Shown: piece by piece, positions 1 to 10,340 of the stretch
Layout of the letters: the number at the start of each line of letters is the position of its first letter
Numbering within the stretch: the first letter of the stretch is position 1
NCBI GenBank assembly: GCA_003166335.1
Contig: PMWA01000082.1
Coordinates: 1 to 23,045 of the forward strand
Direction of reading: 5' to 3'
Source: Methanobacterium sp.
GTDB lineage: Archaea; Methanobacteriota; Methanobacteria; Methanobacteriales; Methanobacteriaceae
DNA: 23,045 nucleotides
The notes under the pieces: model-generated
Told to the model about the DNA's origin: nothing
The model's input: only the letters and a program-made list of their open reading frames with translations
Database searches by the model: none
Made by a program: the position numbers and the translations under genes

Positions 1-96
1 GGAAGAGCGGGAGATCTGGCTGCTTTGAAATATGGTTATAATTTTACTACTTCTGATCTTTTAAATTTTATTCCGGGTTCATACAATGTTTTATAG
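1..96 (+). CDS. nnr: 3' end (partial) of NAD(P)H-hydrate dehydratase / bifunctional Nnr (YjeF family)
   Basis: Frame 1 translates GRAGDLAALKYGYNFTTSDLLNFIPGSYNVL* (TAG 94-96). This matches the C-terminal GxAGDLAA...xxSDLI motif of NnrD/YjeF proteins. Too short to appear in the ORF track. Confidence 0.75.
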   Translation, partial: GRAGDLAALKYGYNFTTSDLLNFIPGSYNVL

Positions 97-266
97 AGAA
101 AATTTAATATATCTCCGTTATTCCCAATTAGAGCATTTTTTCAATTTTTTTTAGGATAGATAGTTTTCATCGTGAATTTTTTGAAAAAAAAATTTAATTA
201 ATTAAAATTAAAAATAGGAAATTAAAGTAATCTTAAATTTTGTTAGAATATTTCTGGCTGACTGAC

Positions 267-695
267 TCAGTCTCCAAATTTAATAAATTTTTTAGGCTCG
301 AAATTGGTTTTCATATCCCAAAAATAAGCTTCGCCCTTGGCAATGCGGAAGATTATGAGTCCAGGGTGGTCAAAAGTCATTCCAAACTCTTTAAGGAATG
401 GTCTATCTTCTAAAACTTTCTTTTTGAGTTTTAGATCGTCTAAGAACTCTACTTCGCCCGCTACCCTCATCATGGTTCCTGATGCTTCGCCTGGTTTCCA
501 GAAACATGCTTCTACCTTTCGATTTGCCTGAAGCTGACCATACATGTCTTTCATAGCTCCAATTTGGAAATAAAATCCTTTATCATTGGCAAACCAGAAA
601 CCAAGTGCCCTTACTCTGGGCTGATCTCCATCCATTGTTGCTAGGTAGCAAACAGGTGTTTCATTTGCAAATTTTACACAGTCTTTAAAATCCAT
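267..695 (-). CDS. Pyridoxamine 5'-phosphate oxidase-like FMN-binding split-barrel protein
   Basis: 142 aa with YLATMDGDQPRVR, FYFQ...K.MYGQLQANRKVE and MRVAGEVEF motifs typical of the PNPOx-like family. GGGGTGA RBS upstream on the minus strand. Confidence 0.85.
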   Translation of the reverse strand: MDFKDCVKFANETPVCYLATMDGDQPRVRALGFWFANDKGFYFQIGAMKDMYGQLQANRKVEACFWKPGEASGTMMRVAGEVEFLDDLKLKKKVLEDRPFLKEFGMTFDHPGLIIFRIAKGEAYFWDMKTNFEPKKFIKFGD

Positions 696-754
696 TTTAT
701 AAATTCACCCCAATATAATTAAAAATATTTTTACATATTAATTATGAATTTATC

Positions 755-1015
755 TTAATAAAAACCTATTATTTTACCTATGAGTAAAATTCCAAATCCA
801 ATTATTCCCCCAAATCCTGCAATTAATACAGTTAGTATATTAATGGGTATCTTGAAGAATGGTAATAAGTTAAATAGGAATAGAACGATGAGACCTAAAA
901 GTGCATGAGCTCCGATGTATAAAGCTATTTTTCCTATTCCGTATAGTATTCTAAAACCAAATATTGCAAGGATTATTATTACAATTCCAATTATAATAAT
1001 GGTGGTTAAATCCAT
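755..1015 (-). CDS. BofA-like (pro-sigmaK processing inhibitor family) small membrane protein
   Basis: 86 aa, hydrophobic, with LLGLIVLFLFN...IPINILTVLIAGFGGIIG matching the BofA family pattern. Confidence 0.7.
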   Translation of the reverse strand: MDLTTIIIIGIVIIILAIFGFRILYGIGKIALYIGAHALLGLIVLFLFNLLPFFKIPINILTVLIAGFGGIIGFGILLIGKIIGFY

Positions 1016-1042
1016 AATGTATCGTCACTCTTTATACTATAT

Positions 1043-2224
1043 TTAATCCTTTTTGCATATGTTTTGATAACAAGCTGCCTGTATACCGTAGTTTTTTACC
1101 ATTCCAACAATTTCTCGCTGATCAGTCTCTTTATCTTCAAATGAGACGGCTTGTTCTTGGTAGAGACTGAAGGGAGATTTCCTGCCCAAAACCCTTAAAT
1201 TACCTTTATGCAATCTTATTCTTACGATGCCAGTGACTCGTTTCTGCATATTATCAATTAGACAATCAAGGTCTTCTCGTAGAGGTTCATGCCACAATCC
1301 ATTGTAAATTAACTCAGAATAAGTTTGAGAAGTATTTTCAGCAAATTTTAACTCCTCCCTTGTGAGTACAATCTGTTCTAAAGCTTTGTGGGCGGTTATT
1401 ATCAGAACGGCACCTGGAGTTTCATAATTTTCTCTTGATTTGAGGCCTATAATTCGATCCTCAATAATATCAATCCTTCCTATTCCATGTAATCCGCCGA
1501 TTTGGTTACATTCTTTTATTATATCAACTGGATCTAATTTTTTATCATCTAATGCTATGGGGACTCCTTCTTCAAATCTGATTTCAAGTATATGGGCTTC
1601 ATCCGGAGCATCGTTACTGGAGCGAGTCCAGTTAAATGCTTCTTCTGGCATTTCCACCATTGGATCCTCGAGTATATCTCCTTCAATGGATCTGCCCCAA
1701 ATATTTTCATCGATACTGTATAGCTCGAAAATAGGTAGAGGTATGCAATGAGATTTTGCGTATTCTACTTCTTCACTTCTGGTAAGGTTTAAATCCCTTA
1801 CGGGTGCTATTATCTGGCAACTTGATCCTGATCGAATAGTGGATTCAAATCGGAATTGATCATTGCCTTTACCTGTGCATCCGTGAGATATGGCTAATGC
1901 ACCCTCTTTTTTGGCTAATTCAACGATTTTCATAGCAATTAATGGTCTTGCTAGGGCTGTGCTTAAGGGGTATCCTTCATATGTTGCGTTGGCTTTTATA
2001 GCTTTAAATATGTAATCTGTGGCAAATTCGTCTTTGGCATCGATTGTGTAATGTTTTGAAACACCGATCTTATGTGCAACTTGACTAGATCTTTTTACTT
2101 CTTTTTCTGGTTGCCCTACATCCACACAGGCAGTTAGGACTTCCATGTTATATTTTTCTTGGAGTAATTTGATACACACTGATGTGTCGAGTCCGCTGCT
2201 GAATGCTAGAATTACCTTTTCCAT
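1043..2224 (-). CDS. argG: Argininosuccinate synthase
   Basis: Motifs [51 protein letters not shown] and GLKSRENYE. The second ATG (2224, MEKVILAF) is better spaced from the RBS than the ORF-track start at 2233. Confidence 0.96.
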   Translation of the reverse strand: MEKVILAFSSGLDTSVCIKLLQEKYNMEVLTACVDVGQPEKEVKRSSQVAHKIGVSKHYTIDAKDEFATDYIFKAIKANATYEGYPLSTALARPLIAMKIVELAKKEGALAISHGCTGKGNDQFRFESTIRSGSSCQIIAPVRDLNLTRSEEVEYAKSHCIPLPIFELYSIDENIWGRSIEGDILEDPMVEMPEEAFNWTRSSNDAPDEAHILEIRFEEGVPIALDDKKLDPVDIIKECNQIGGLHGIGRIDIIEDRIIGLKSRENYETPGAVLIITAHKALEQIVLTREELKFAENTSQTYSELIYNGLWHEPLREDLDCLIDNMQKRVTGIVRIRLHKGNLRVLGRKSPFSLYQEQAVSFEDKETDQREIVGMVKNYGIQAACYQNICKKD

Positions 2225-2371
2225 TTTCTTCATCCGTCCTTAATTATTTTTTCTATATATTTAATTAACTCTAAAATATGATGGTTTTTTTATACTATTA
2301 TTAGAATAATCTTAGAATAAATATAATACACAGTAATTTATAAATCCTCAATTTAAACTTGGTGGATTTCA

Positions 2372-3094
2372 ATGGTCACAGAATTAATAATAAGAATAAT
2401 TTCTCTGGAGACGGCTGGAAACATCCGGAAAAATCAGATTATCATGGAGCACATCCCTAGTGGTGATTTAACTGATAGAATATTAGAAATTGCCTTGAAG
2501 GGAACTCCACTCATCAGAATAGGGAATGGTCATCCTCGGGTAATGTTAACTGCAGGAATCCATGGAAACGAGCTTCCACCCCAAATAGCTGCTTTAAGAA
2601 TGATTGAAAATCTTAAATCACAGCATATAAATGGAACGGTCTTTATTATTCCATTTACCATACCTCAAGCCACCATGCATAGTTCAAGGAGATTTAAAGG
2701 TTTTGATATGAATAGGAAAGCTTCAAGTGAAGGTTATATTACTTATAAGATAATAGACACTATTAAATCCTTGAAAATAAATTCCTTAGCTGATTTTCAT
2801 GCCACTAAACCTTATAGTAATCCAGGAGTTGAGAGTGTTTTTTGCTCTAAGAAGCCGTGCCTTCAAAGTTTTAAAATAGCAGAATATATAAATAAAATTT
2901 CATCATCCCAGGTTATTTGTCATGAAATTGCTGGAAGCTTATACAGCGGAGCATTGGAGGATGAATGTAATCTTGGCGGAGTGCCGGCGGTAACTTGTGA
3001 GGTAGTATCGCATAATAATAAAGTAGATTCAGGGAGTCTTGAAAGGTCCTATTTACAGATGATGGCTTATCTGGGCTATTTTAATATTGTTTAA
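2372..3094 (+). CDS. Succinylglutamate desuccinylase / aspartoacylase family (M14 Zn-carboxypeptidase fold) protein
   Basis: AGIHGNE zinc motif, DMNR, DFH and TCEV catalytic Glu. GGTGG RBS upstream. Confidence 0.85.
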   Translation: MVTELIIRIISLETAGNIRKNQIIMEHIPSGDLTDRILEIALKGTPLIRIGNGHPRVMLTAGIHGNELPPQIAALRMIENLKSQHINGTVFIIPFTIPQATMHSSRRFKGFDMNRKASSEGYITYKIIDTIKSLKINSLADFHATKPYSNPGVESVFCSKKPCLQSFKIAEYINKISSSQVICHEIAGSLYSGALEDECNLGGVPAVTCEVVSHNNKVDSGSLERSYLQMMAYLGYFNIV

Positions 3095-3119
3095 CTATAA
3101 ATTTTGATAATGCAAATAA

Positions 3120-3431
3120 AAGTTTCCAGATGTTTTTTATCTTTCTTTGGTGGTTATAGGCACATTAATCATCGATTTGGATCATCCGATAAAAGAGATA
3201 AATCTGAGTTTAATGGCTTTTTTTAGTTTATTACTTGCAGGTATATTATATTTATTTGATTTACCATTTATTTTAGGATTAATTCTATTTACACTTGTTT
3301 TGATTTTTTTATATATCTCAGCATCGCAGATTAATGCACTCATTTTTTGGAATAACAATTATAACGTCTTTTTTAAAACTGTCTTTGTTATAGGATTTTA
3401 TCTGCTGCTTCAGAGGTTTCCTTGGATTTAA
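3120..3431 (+). pseudogene. Degraded YdjM/DUF457-type membrane-bound metal-dependent hydrolase remnant
   Basis: The ORF frame reads KFPDVFYLSLVVIGTLIIDLDHP after an in-frame TAA at 3117-3119, with no ATG. The family HRxxxHS motif (HRRLMHS, 3322-3342) appears only in the +1 frame after a T7 run (3304-3310). The product is truncated at both ends. Confidence 0.65.
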
Positions 3432-3691
3432 ATATGTCTTTAACCCTTATCAAATAAAGATATTATAAACCATTTTGAATTTTTTTAATGCATTTTATGG
3501 GGTCTTACAATAGTTTTGTTATTTTATGGAAGAATAGGGTGAATATTCACGGCTGTGATTTAAATCAGCTTGAATTTATAAAAAGCTCATAAAATATATT
3601 ATTTTTTCAGAAAAAATAAGTGAATCATTCGGGCTTGAATAATACATTTTTATAGTTATTAGATGATTTTCATGGGTCAGAGAAATAAATC

Positions 3692-3780
<89 letters not shown>

Positions 3781-3832
3781 CTGTTTATTATATTCATAAT
3801 TCGTGATGTAAAATATTGAAAGGAAGTATATA

Positions 3833-4144
3833 ATGTTTATAGTGAGAATATTCTACGCAATAGCTTATTTCGCTGTTTTGTTATTAGAAATAGGTAAAGC
3901 TACATTGGATGTTGCAATAAGAACCGTGAATGGAGAAGTTGAACCCGTGGTGGTAGAAATTGAAACCGTACTTAAAAGGCCTATTTCGCAAACTATACTA
4001 GCTAACAGTATTACTTTAACCCCTGGAACGCTTTCAATTGACTTAGATTCAGAAAATCAGGTGTTAATAGTAGCAACTATCAATCCCAGAAGTAAAGAAG
4101 AAGTAATTCCCTTTGAACCATATATAAAAGGTATGTTAGAATAG
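3833..4144 (+). CDS. ehbA: Energy-converting hydrogenase B subunit A (MnhE-like)
   Basis: ILANSITLTPGTLSID MnhE signature. First gene of the cluster. Confidence 0.9.
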   Translation: MFIVRIFYAIAYFAVLLLEIGKATLDVAIRTVNGEVEPVVVEIETVLKRPISQTILANSITLTPGTLSIDLDSENQVLIVATINPRSKEEVIPFEPYIKGMLE

Positions 4145-4211
4145 TAAAAAAAAATATTATCTTGATATGAATTTCCATTTAAACCTATAAAAATGATGAA
4201 GTGATGTTAAA

Positions 4212-4472
4212 ATGGATGTATTATTATTATCTGAATATATTCTAATGGCTGCATTGGCTATATTTGTCTTATCTACTATACGAATCACTACCAGAAAAAC
4301 CATAGCAATGAGTTTAGTTGGACTCTCTGGATTAAGTATAGCAGTAGCAACTATCTTAATTTTGATTCAAACTATCTATAATATAGCATTTTGTTCAAAT
4401 ATAGCTACTGCACTTATAATTTTAGGACCAGTAGGGACCATAGCATTTTCAAAAGTTTTAAAGGGTGATTAG
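4212..4472 (+). CDS. ehbB: Energy-converting hydrogenase B subunit B (MnhF-like)
   Basis: About 3 TM helices, [12 protein letters not shown]nhF-like C-terminus, second position in the cluster. Confidence 0.85.
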   Translation: MDVLLLSEYILMAALAIFVLSTIRITTRKTIAMSLVGLSGLSIAVATILILIQTIYNIAFCSNIATALIILGPVGTIAFSKVLKGD

Positions 4473-4473
4473 A

Positions 4474-4746
4474 TTGACTGATGTAATAACTTGGATAGAG
4501 TCAGCAATTCTTCTAATATCAGCCGTATTAGTGTTACTCACAGCTCTGGGAATTTTAAGATACAGGGATGACTTGGATAGGGTGATTTACGCCCGAATAC
4601 ATATACTAGGGGTAGCTGATGTAGCCTGCATTTTAGCCTTATTAGTCCTAGGTCAAACTGTTTTAGCGGTGGCATACTTTATATTGACACCCTTCAGCGC
4701 ACACGCTATAGCTAACGCCTTTTACTATGGAGAGGAGAAAAAATGA
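4474..4746 (+). CDS. ehbC: Energy-converting hydrogenase B subunit C (MnhG-like)
   Basis: GILR..D...YARIH and [11 protein letters not shown]nhG motifs. TTG at 4474 follows a GGTGA RBS; the ORF track starts at GTG 4465. Confidence 0.87.
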   Translation: MTDVITWIESAILLISAVLVLLTALGILRYRDDLDRVIYARIHILGVADVACILALLVLGQTVLAVAYFILTPFSAHAIANAFYYGEEKK

Positions 4747-4985
4747 TTGAATATATTGAATATGTACTCATGCTTACAACGGTTCTTGGGGCAGTAATAG
4801 CTCTTATACAAAGAGATCTTTTAAAGGCAGCCATATTAACCGGAATCCCTGGTGCTTCTCTTGCTTTCTTATATCAATTTTTACTGGCTCCTGATGTTGC
4901 ATTGACCCAGGCTATTGTGGGATCAGCGATTGTACCCGTATTTTTCGCTTTGGCAGTTCTAAGGACACGTAGAATGGAGGAATAA
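4743..4985 (+). CDS. ehbD: Energy-converting hydrogenase B subunit D (DUF4040 / MnhB-N-like)
   Basis: RDLLKAAI and [14 protein letters not shown] motifs. ATGA overlap with ehbC. Confidence 0.88.
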   Translation: MIEYIEYVLMLTTVLGAVIALIQRDLLKAAILTGIPGASLAFLYQFLLAPDVALTQAIVGSAIVPVFFALAVLRTRRMEE

Positions 4986-4988
4986 AAA

Positions 4989-5360
4989 ATGGTTATAAGT
5001 GCTCAGCTATTTTCATTTTTCACAGCGGGTTCATTAGTAATTATAGGAATATTTGCTGCATTATTCCTGGATAATCTAATAAAGAAGATCATTGGGTTAG
5101 CTTTCATAGGTGATGGTGCTAATCTGTTTATAATTACCATGGGTTATAAGCCCGGAGGAATTGTCTATATATTCCTTCCTAATATGACCATTAGCAATTT
5201 TGCCCAGAACGCATCTTATCCACTTCCATTCGCTTTGGTACTAACCAGTATTGTTATTGGGGCTAGTACTCTCGCTGTAATGCTGGGACTAGTTATCGTG
5301 CTTAATAAAAGGCATGATTCCTTAAGTGCTTCTAAGATTTTAGGAGATGAGAGTGACTGA
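4989..5360 (+). CDS. ehbE: Energy-converting hydrogenase B subunit E (MnhC-like)
   Basis: NLIKKIIGL and [14 protein letters not shown]nhC motifs. Confidence 0.9.
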   Translation: MVISAQLFSFFTAGSLVIIGIFAALFLDNLIKKIIGLAFIGDGANLFIITMGYKPGGIVYIFLPNMTISNFAQNASYPLPFALVLTSIVIGASTLAVMLGLVIVLNKRHDSLSASKILGDESD

Positions 5361-5444
5361 AATGCTTCAAAATTTATATAATTTAATAAAAATGGTATTT
5401 GATATGAAACAACCATTATTAAATAATTCAGGGGATGTTTATTG

Positions 5445-6938
5445 ATGGATTCATTAATGCCCATAATGGTTATACTCCCAATAGCCAGTGCACTTTTCTT
5501 GAATTTATTGCATGGTAAAGATCGCACAATCAAAATATTAGCCATAGTCACCGCATTAGTGTTACCCATCATCCCATTATTAACAGGTTATGGTTCACAT
5601 TATTTCGGAGGTTACGCTCCCTTATCTCAAAATTCAGCTATAGCTCAAGGTTTACCCGCTTTAATCACTAGTACACAATTATTTGTATTCCATCCTAGCA
5701 TTGTCTATGTATTTGGCAGTGCACAAAAGATCATGATATTTGTATTGGGAATCATAGCATTTTTCGCCATTTTCACATCTTTAAGCGAGACTAAAAAACC
5801 TTCGGGAGTTTATACATACTTAATGTTCATGGGAACAGCAGCTGTAACTGCTATTCTGCTTTCTGATGATATATTCAATTTTTATGTATTCTTTGAAATT
5901 GCTGCTTTAGCACAAATAGGAATAGTTATTGCATCAAATGTAAAGAATAACTATGAAACCGCGCTTAAATACATCATACTAGGAAATATCGCTGGTCCAT
6001 TACTTCTTTTAGGGATAGCATTACTTTTAGGAGTTACAGGAAATGTTAACATAACAGACATTATTTATTCCATAAAAAATGGATATGTAAACCCTCAAAA
6101 TCCAGTGCTTCTAATGGCATTGGCTCTTATTACATTTGGATGGCTATATGGATCTGGACTGCCACCATTCCATACTATTAAATCAGCTTTATATAGTAAG
6201 GCTTTACCTCATGGTTCGGCTTTAATTCAGGCTATAACTGTGTTCATAATGGTGGCATTAGGAGTGATGATCCTTAGGATTTTCTCCTATTTATCATTCT
6301 CTAAAATGGCAATCATAGCAATATCACTCTTAGCACTAGTTCTCAGCATAACCATGGCCTTAGTGCAGACGGATTTCAAGAGAATTATTGGTTATTTAGC
6401 TCTAGGTGAATTAGGTTATATAGGGATTGGATTAGGATTAGGGACTACATTGGGGATTACGGCTGGTCTTTTCCAAGCCGTGAATGAAGCTATAATTACT
6501 GCATTCCTCTTTATAGGATTCGGAACAGTTCTATACAAAACAAGAATTAGTGACACTCGTAAATTAGGAGGAATGATGTTTGTAAATCCCCGAGTGGCTC
6601 TTTTGGTCCTTCTAGCGGGTTTAGCTATGGCTGGTGTTCCACCATTAAATGCATTCCAAAGTAAATTAATGCTGATCCAGGCATCTATACAATCAGGAGT
6701 ACCCGAATTGGGTATAATCATGATACTTTTAAGTATTGTTACATTTATGACATTTATGAAGGCATTTTACACTATATATATGCGGCCGAAGCCTGATGAA
6801 CTTGAAATACATGATTATAAAATACCTAAAGCTACTATCATTTCTTTAGTGGCATTTCTAATAATTTGTTTAACATTAGGTTTGTTCCCGCAAATTGCAA
6901 CAAATAGTCTACAAACTTTAGCTTCGAGCCTAGTTTAG
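5445..6938 (+). CDS. ehbF: Energy-converting hydrogenase B subunit F (MnhD/NuoN-like ion-translocating subunit)
   Basis: Polytopic membrane protein with [29 protein letters not shown] and [12 protein letters not shown] motifs. ATG at 5445 after a GGGGA RBS; the ORF track starts at TTG 5442. Confidence 0.93.
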   Translation: MDSLMPIMVILPIASALFLNLLHGKDRTIKILAIVTALVLPIIPLLTGYGSHYFGGYAPLSQNSAIAQGLPALITSTQLFVFHPSIVYVFGSAQKIMIFVLGIIAFFAIFTSLSETKKPSGVYTYLMFMGTAAVTAILLSDDIFNFYVFFEIAALAQIGIVIASNVKNNYETALKYIILGNIAGPLLLLGIALLLGVTGNVNITDIIYSIKNGYVNPQNPVLLMALALITFGWLYGSGLPPFHTIKSALYSKALPHGSALIQAITVFIMVALGVMILRIFSYLSFSKMAIIAISLLALVLSITMALVQTDFKRIIGYLALGELGYIGIGLGLGTTLGITAGLFQAVNEAIITAFLFIGFGTVLYKTRISDTRKLGGMMFVNPRVALLVLLAGLAMAGVPPLNAFQSKLMLIQASIQSGVPELGIIMILLSIVTFMTFMKAFYTIYMRPKPDELEIHDYKIPKATIISLVAFLIICLTLGLFPQIATNSLQTLASSLV

Positions 6939-6955
6939 AGGGGAGAGATTTTATA

Positions 6956-7294
6956 ATGAATGTATATGATTTAATCTTAAAAAGAATACGGGAAATACAG
7001 GGAAAAACTGAGGAAGAGGAACCCTTAACTAATATTTCAGCTTCATCAATGTTAACAGCAGAAATAACTATAATTTCATCCCTTTTAATAGCATTGATCA
7101 TGGTTAGACTGATAAGTAAGACATTAATGATAGTTTTGGTAATTGCTGTATTCTTTATTGCATTGATGATCTCACCCATCATGCCCAAACTTATGAGGGA
7201 ACAGAATGATTCCTTTAGTAATATGATCTTCTACATTGTATTGGCACTGGGAATTATAGTAGCCCTGTTTTATTGGGGGAATCTAAATGTATGA
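6956..7294 (+). CDS. ehbG: Energy-converting hydrogenase B subunit G (membrane)
   Basis: Small membrane protein between ehbF and ehbH. Name assigned from the canonical ehb gene order. Confidence 0.8.
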   Translation: MNVYDLILKRIREIQGKTEEEEPLTNISASSMLTAEITIISSLLIALIMVRLISKTLMIVLVIAVFFIALMISPIMPKLMREQNDSFSNMIFYIVLALGIIVALFYWGNLNV

Positions 7295-7571
7295 AGGTTT
7301 AAAAAATTTAATAGGCGCAATAGCACTTTTAGTATTTGCAATAACATTATTTAATGCTATATACGGGTTTAATCAGATATTATATCCTGGGATTAGTTAT
7401 CTTTACAATTGGGTAGGTCCTAATATAGCTCCTAACATGGTTACGAATATAGTATTTGACTGGAGAGGATATGATACTCTAGGAGAAGCCTTAATATTGG
7501 TAAGCGCAGTTATAGTGACTTTACTAGTATTTGGAAGGGGAAGGGTAAAGTTAGGAGGAAAACTAGAATGA
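7287..7571 (+). CDS. ehbH: Energy-converting hydrogenase B subunit H
   Basis: [20 protein letters not shown] motif (MnhB/MbhE-like). Overlaps both neighbours. Confidence 0.88.
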   Translation: MYEGLKNLIGAIALLVFAITLFNAIYGFNQILYPGISYLYNWVGPNIAPNMVTNIVFDWRGYDTLGEALILVSAVIVTLLVFGRGRVKLGGKLE

Positions 7572-8050
7572 GTACTATACTTAAAATATTCGTGTTTCCA
7601 GCAGCTCTTATAATAATGTGTTTAGGAATTGACACCATTTTAGGAGGGCACATTACTCCTGGAGGAGGTTTTCAGGGTGGTGCTATAATTGCAGGTGGAT
7701 TCATATTTTGCGTTATGGTATACGGATTAAAAGACACCCCCATCAGATTCTCCAAGGAATTCATAGTCGGATTAGAAAGTGCTGGAGCACTTATTTACGT
7801 GTTTTTAGGGTTGGCCGGACTGATATTCTCTGGATATTATCTTTACAATCTGGGAGTTGACATTTACCACATAATTCCACCATTTATAAAGAACATATTT
7901 GACTACCCTGACCCACTTCATGCTGGAATAATACCATATTTAAACTTCGTAGTTGGTCTTGAAGTGTTTGGGAGTTTAACCGCAGTGGTTATAGCATTTT
8001 TAGGGTTCAAAAAAGAGATTGTTGTAGACGGAGAGGATGAGGAGATTTAA
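7568..8050 (+). CDS. ehbI: Energy-converting hydrogenase B subunit I (MnhB domain)
   Basis: [13 protein letters not shown]nhB signature. Confidence 0.9.
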   Translation: MSTILKIFVFPAALIIMCLGIDTILGGHITPGGGFQGGAIIAGGFIFCVMVYGLKDTPIRFSKEFIVGLESAGALIYVFLGLAGLIFSGYYLYNLGVDIYHIIPPFIKNIFDYPDPLHAGIIPYLNFVVGLEVFGSLTAVVIAFLGFKKEIVVDGEDEEI

Positions 8051-8052
8051 AA

Positions 8053-8349
8053 ATGGTTTATTTTTATGCAGGTCCAACTATTCTTGGATTTATACTAGGA
8101 TTAATACTTGGAAGTAGAGTTAGAATATACCCTGAAAGCAAATTGAATTTCACCTTAGGAAGTTTCATTGCGATACTCTTAGCCGCCAGCATAATTGCAT
8201 ATTTAGAGGGTCCTTTCCCATACTACACAGGTTTACCACTTGCTCCTGGTTTTATATCCGGTATTTTAGGTATTATAATTGGTAAAGTAACTCTAGGGAG
8301 ATTTGCTAAGGATGAACATATGAAAAGTAATGAGAGAGATCATATTTAA
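8053..8349 (+). CDS. ehbJ: Energy-converting hydrogenase B subunit J (membrane)
   Basis: Small 3-TM protein with a GPFPYY motif, immediately before the polyferredoxin as in the canonical ehb order. Confidence 0.82.
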   Translation: MVYFYAGPTILGFILGLILGSRVRIYPESKLNFTLGSFIAILLAASIIAYLEGPFPYYTGLPLAPGFISGILGIIIGKVTLGRFAKDEHMKSNERDHI

Positions 8350-8400
8350 ATTTATAAAAAATTGACAAAAAAAGATTGATGGATTTGGAAGGTACTGATA

Positions 8401-9762
8401 ATGTTTTTATCAACAAATGAATGTGAAGGAATAGGCGAATGCATTAAAGAATGCCCTACAGGGGCTATAAGATTGATAGAGGGTAAAGCATTTAGTTGCA
8501 TTACTTGTGGAGCCTGTGCAGAGGCTTGTCCGAACAGAGCTATAAAAAAGAATAAGTACGGAGGATACATCGTGGATAGGGCTAAATGCAATGCCTGCGG
8601 AGTTTGCGAGATGATTTGTCCAGTAAACAGTATAAGAATCGAAGACGATGTAGTAAAAGGTATTTGCGCTAGATGTGGAATTTGTGTCGACACTTGTCCT
8701 ATTAAAGCTAGAATAGATGCCTATGATGTTATAGAAAACCGACAGCTCCAATTCCTTGAGGCATTAAACCTCACAGTTCAGCCAGAGGTAAGGGTTAAAA
8801 AAGAGGGATCGAAAGCAGAAAGACTAAATGTAATCACTGAAGGAGAAAAATGTACTCTATGCCGACGATGCGAATATTACTGCCCTACTGGTGCTATAAT
8901 GGTGGATTTAAAACAGGAAGGAGAATGCACAAATTGTAGAGTCTGTGAAGATGTTTGTCCAGCTGAAGCAATAACAGATAATGTTATAGATATGGATAAA
9001 TGTACATTATGCCTTAAATGCGTTAAAGAATGTCCTAACAAAGCCATATACATCGAGGACTTTAAGATTAAAATCAGAAAACCAGAAACAGATGAAGAAA
9101 GGCTTGGGAATATAGTTTCTTGTTTGAATTGTGGCTTATGTGTTGAAGCCTGCTCTAAAGGAGCACTTCGAATGATAGACGGTAAAATAAGATATGATCC
9201 CTCTCTTTGTGAAGAATGTGAAACCATGGAATGTTTAGATGTGTGTCCAGTGGGAACTCTCCGTTTATCAAATGAAGTTGAAGCGAGGATAAAAGGGTTC
9301 TGTGTTTCATGTGGTCGTTGCGTTAAAGCATGTGATGTGAATGAAGCTAGAAGCTTCCAGGATATCACATGGGAAGGGACTGTTTCGGAAGATTGCATAT
9401 CTTGCGGGGTTTGTGCTGAAATCTGTCCAAAAGATGCCATAACTCTTAAAAGAGGTTCTATAGAGGTTAATCTGGATAAGTGTATTTTATGTGAGAAATG
9501 CGCCATTCATTGCCCGATGGATGCCATACCAAAAACTACTATGCGTAAAAAATCGATAAAAGAGGGATTCACATATATTCAGGATAAACTATGCATGCAA
9601 TGTAAGCTTTGCACTAAAATATGCCCAGAAGAAGCCATCACTGAAATGGAAGATGGTAAGATAATAGTGGATGAATCCAAATGTAATTACTGTGGAGCCT
9701 GCTCTAACGCCTGTCCCGCTAAAGCTATAATATTTGAAAGGGAATTTGAGGTGACACCATGA
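8401..9762 (+). CDS. ehbK: Energy-converting hydrogenase B subunit K, polyferredoxin
   Basis: 14 ferredoxin-type CxxCxxCxxxC(P)-like motifs counted in the translation. Confidence 0.93.
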   Translation: MFLSTNECEGIGECIKECPTGAIRLIEGKAFSCITCGACAEACPNRAIKKNKYGGYIVDRAKCNACGVCEMICPVNSIRIEDDVVKGICARCGICVDTCPIKARIDAYDVIENRQLQFLEALNLTVQPEVRVKKEGSKAERLNVITEGEKCTLCRRCEYYCPTGAIMVDLKQEGECTNCRVCEDVCPAEAITDNVIDMDKCTLCLKCVKECPNKAIYIEDFKIKIRKPETDEERLGNIVSCLNCGLCVEACSKGALRMIDGKIRYDPSLCEECETMECLDVCPVGTLRLSNEVEARIKGFCVSCGRCVKACDVNEARSFQDITWEGTVSEDCISCGVCAEICPKDAITLKRGSIEVNLDKCILCEKCAIHCPMDAIPKTTMRKKSIKEGFTYIQDKLCMQCKLCTKICPEEAITEMEDGKIIVDESKCNYCGACSNACPAKAIIFEREFEVTP

Positions 9763-10253
9763 AAGACCTAATTAGAATATTTCTAGAGGGAATCATAAAA
9801 AACGTCAACAGAATTCTTTTCGCCTCAGATAGGGTCACAGATATGGATATTAGGAGTAGAATTATGGAAGGCAGGGTTACTCCAACAAATAAGGTTGCAG
9901 AGGTTCCTTGCATTGGTTGCGGAGGTTGTTGTAATGCATGTCCTACCGAAGCTATTGATATGGTGGATCTAGATGAGCCAGTGGAAATGATGAAAGGATT
10001 AGTTAAAACTCAGATACCAGTTTTAAACAGTGAAAAATGTGTTAACTGTTACTATTGTCATGATTTCTGTCCTCTTTATGCCTTATTTGGGAAGGCTGGA
10101 ACTATCCATCCTAATGATGTCGGAGAAGTTGTATCAGATATATCACTGCTTCTTGAGGAACCCGTTAAAATATCAGATGATAAAATAGCTTTCATAGCTC
10201 AATATTTATCAGATTCAACCGTTTTGAAGAAAAGAAAAACAAGAGACAGGTGA
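9759..10253 (+). CDS. ehbL: Energy-converting hydrogenase B subunit L, 2[4Fe-4S] (NuoI-like)
   Basis: [12 protein letters not shown] and [12 protein letters not shown] motifs. ATGA overlap with ehbK. Confidence 0.92.
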   Translation: MKDLIRIFLEGIIKNVNRILFASDRVTDMDIRSRIMEGRVTPTNKVAEVPCIGCGGCCNACPTEAIDMVDLDEPVEMMKGLVKTQIPVLNSEKCVNCYYCHDFCPLYALFGKAGTIHPNDVGEVVSDISLLLEEPVKISDDKIAFIAQYLSDSTVLKKRKTRDR

Positions 10254-10340
10254 ATTTTATTAAAAAATTTTTTATATTGATTATTGGATTTTTAAAGGAG
10301 AATAACTTTAAAATACTTTACAAACATTTAAGGTGATTAT

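Noticed and set aside
3147..3431. 94-aa ORF as an intact membrane protein gene
   Set aside because: TTG start without RBS, family-like sequence continues upstream to a stop, and the key motif is out of frame. Treated as a pseudogene.
3833..8050. Stand-alone Mrp/Mnh Na+/H+ antiporter operon
   Set aside because: The Mnh-like genes are contiguous with polyferredoxin, NuoH-like and [NiFe] subunits in ehb order, so they are the membrane arm of Ehb.
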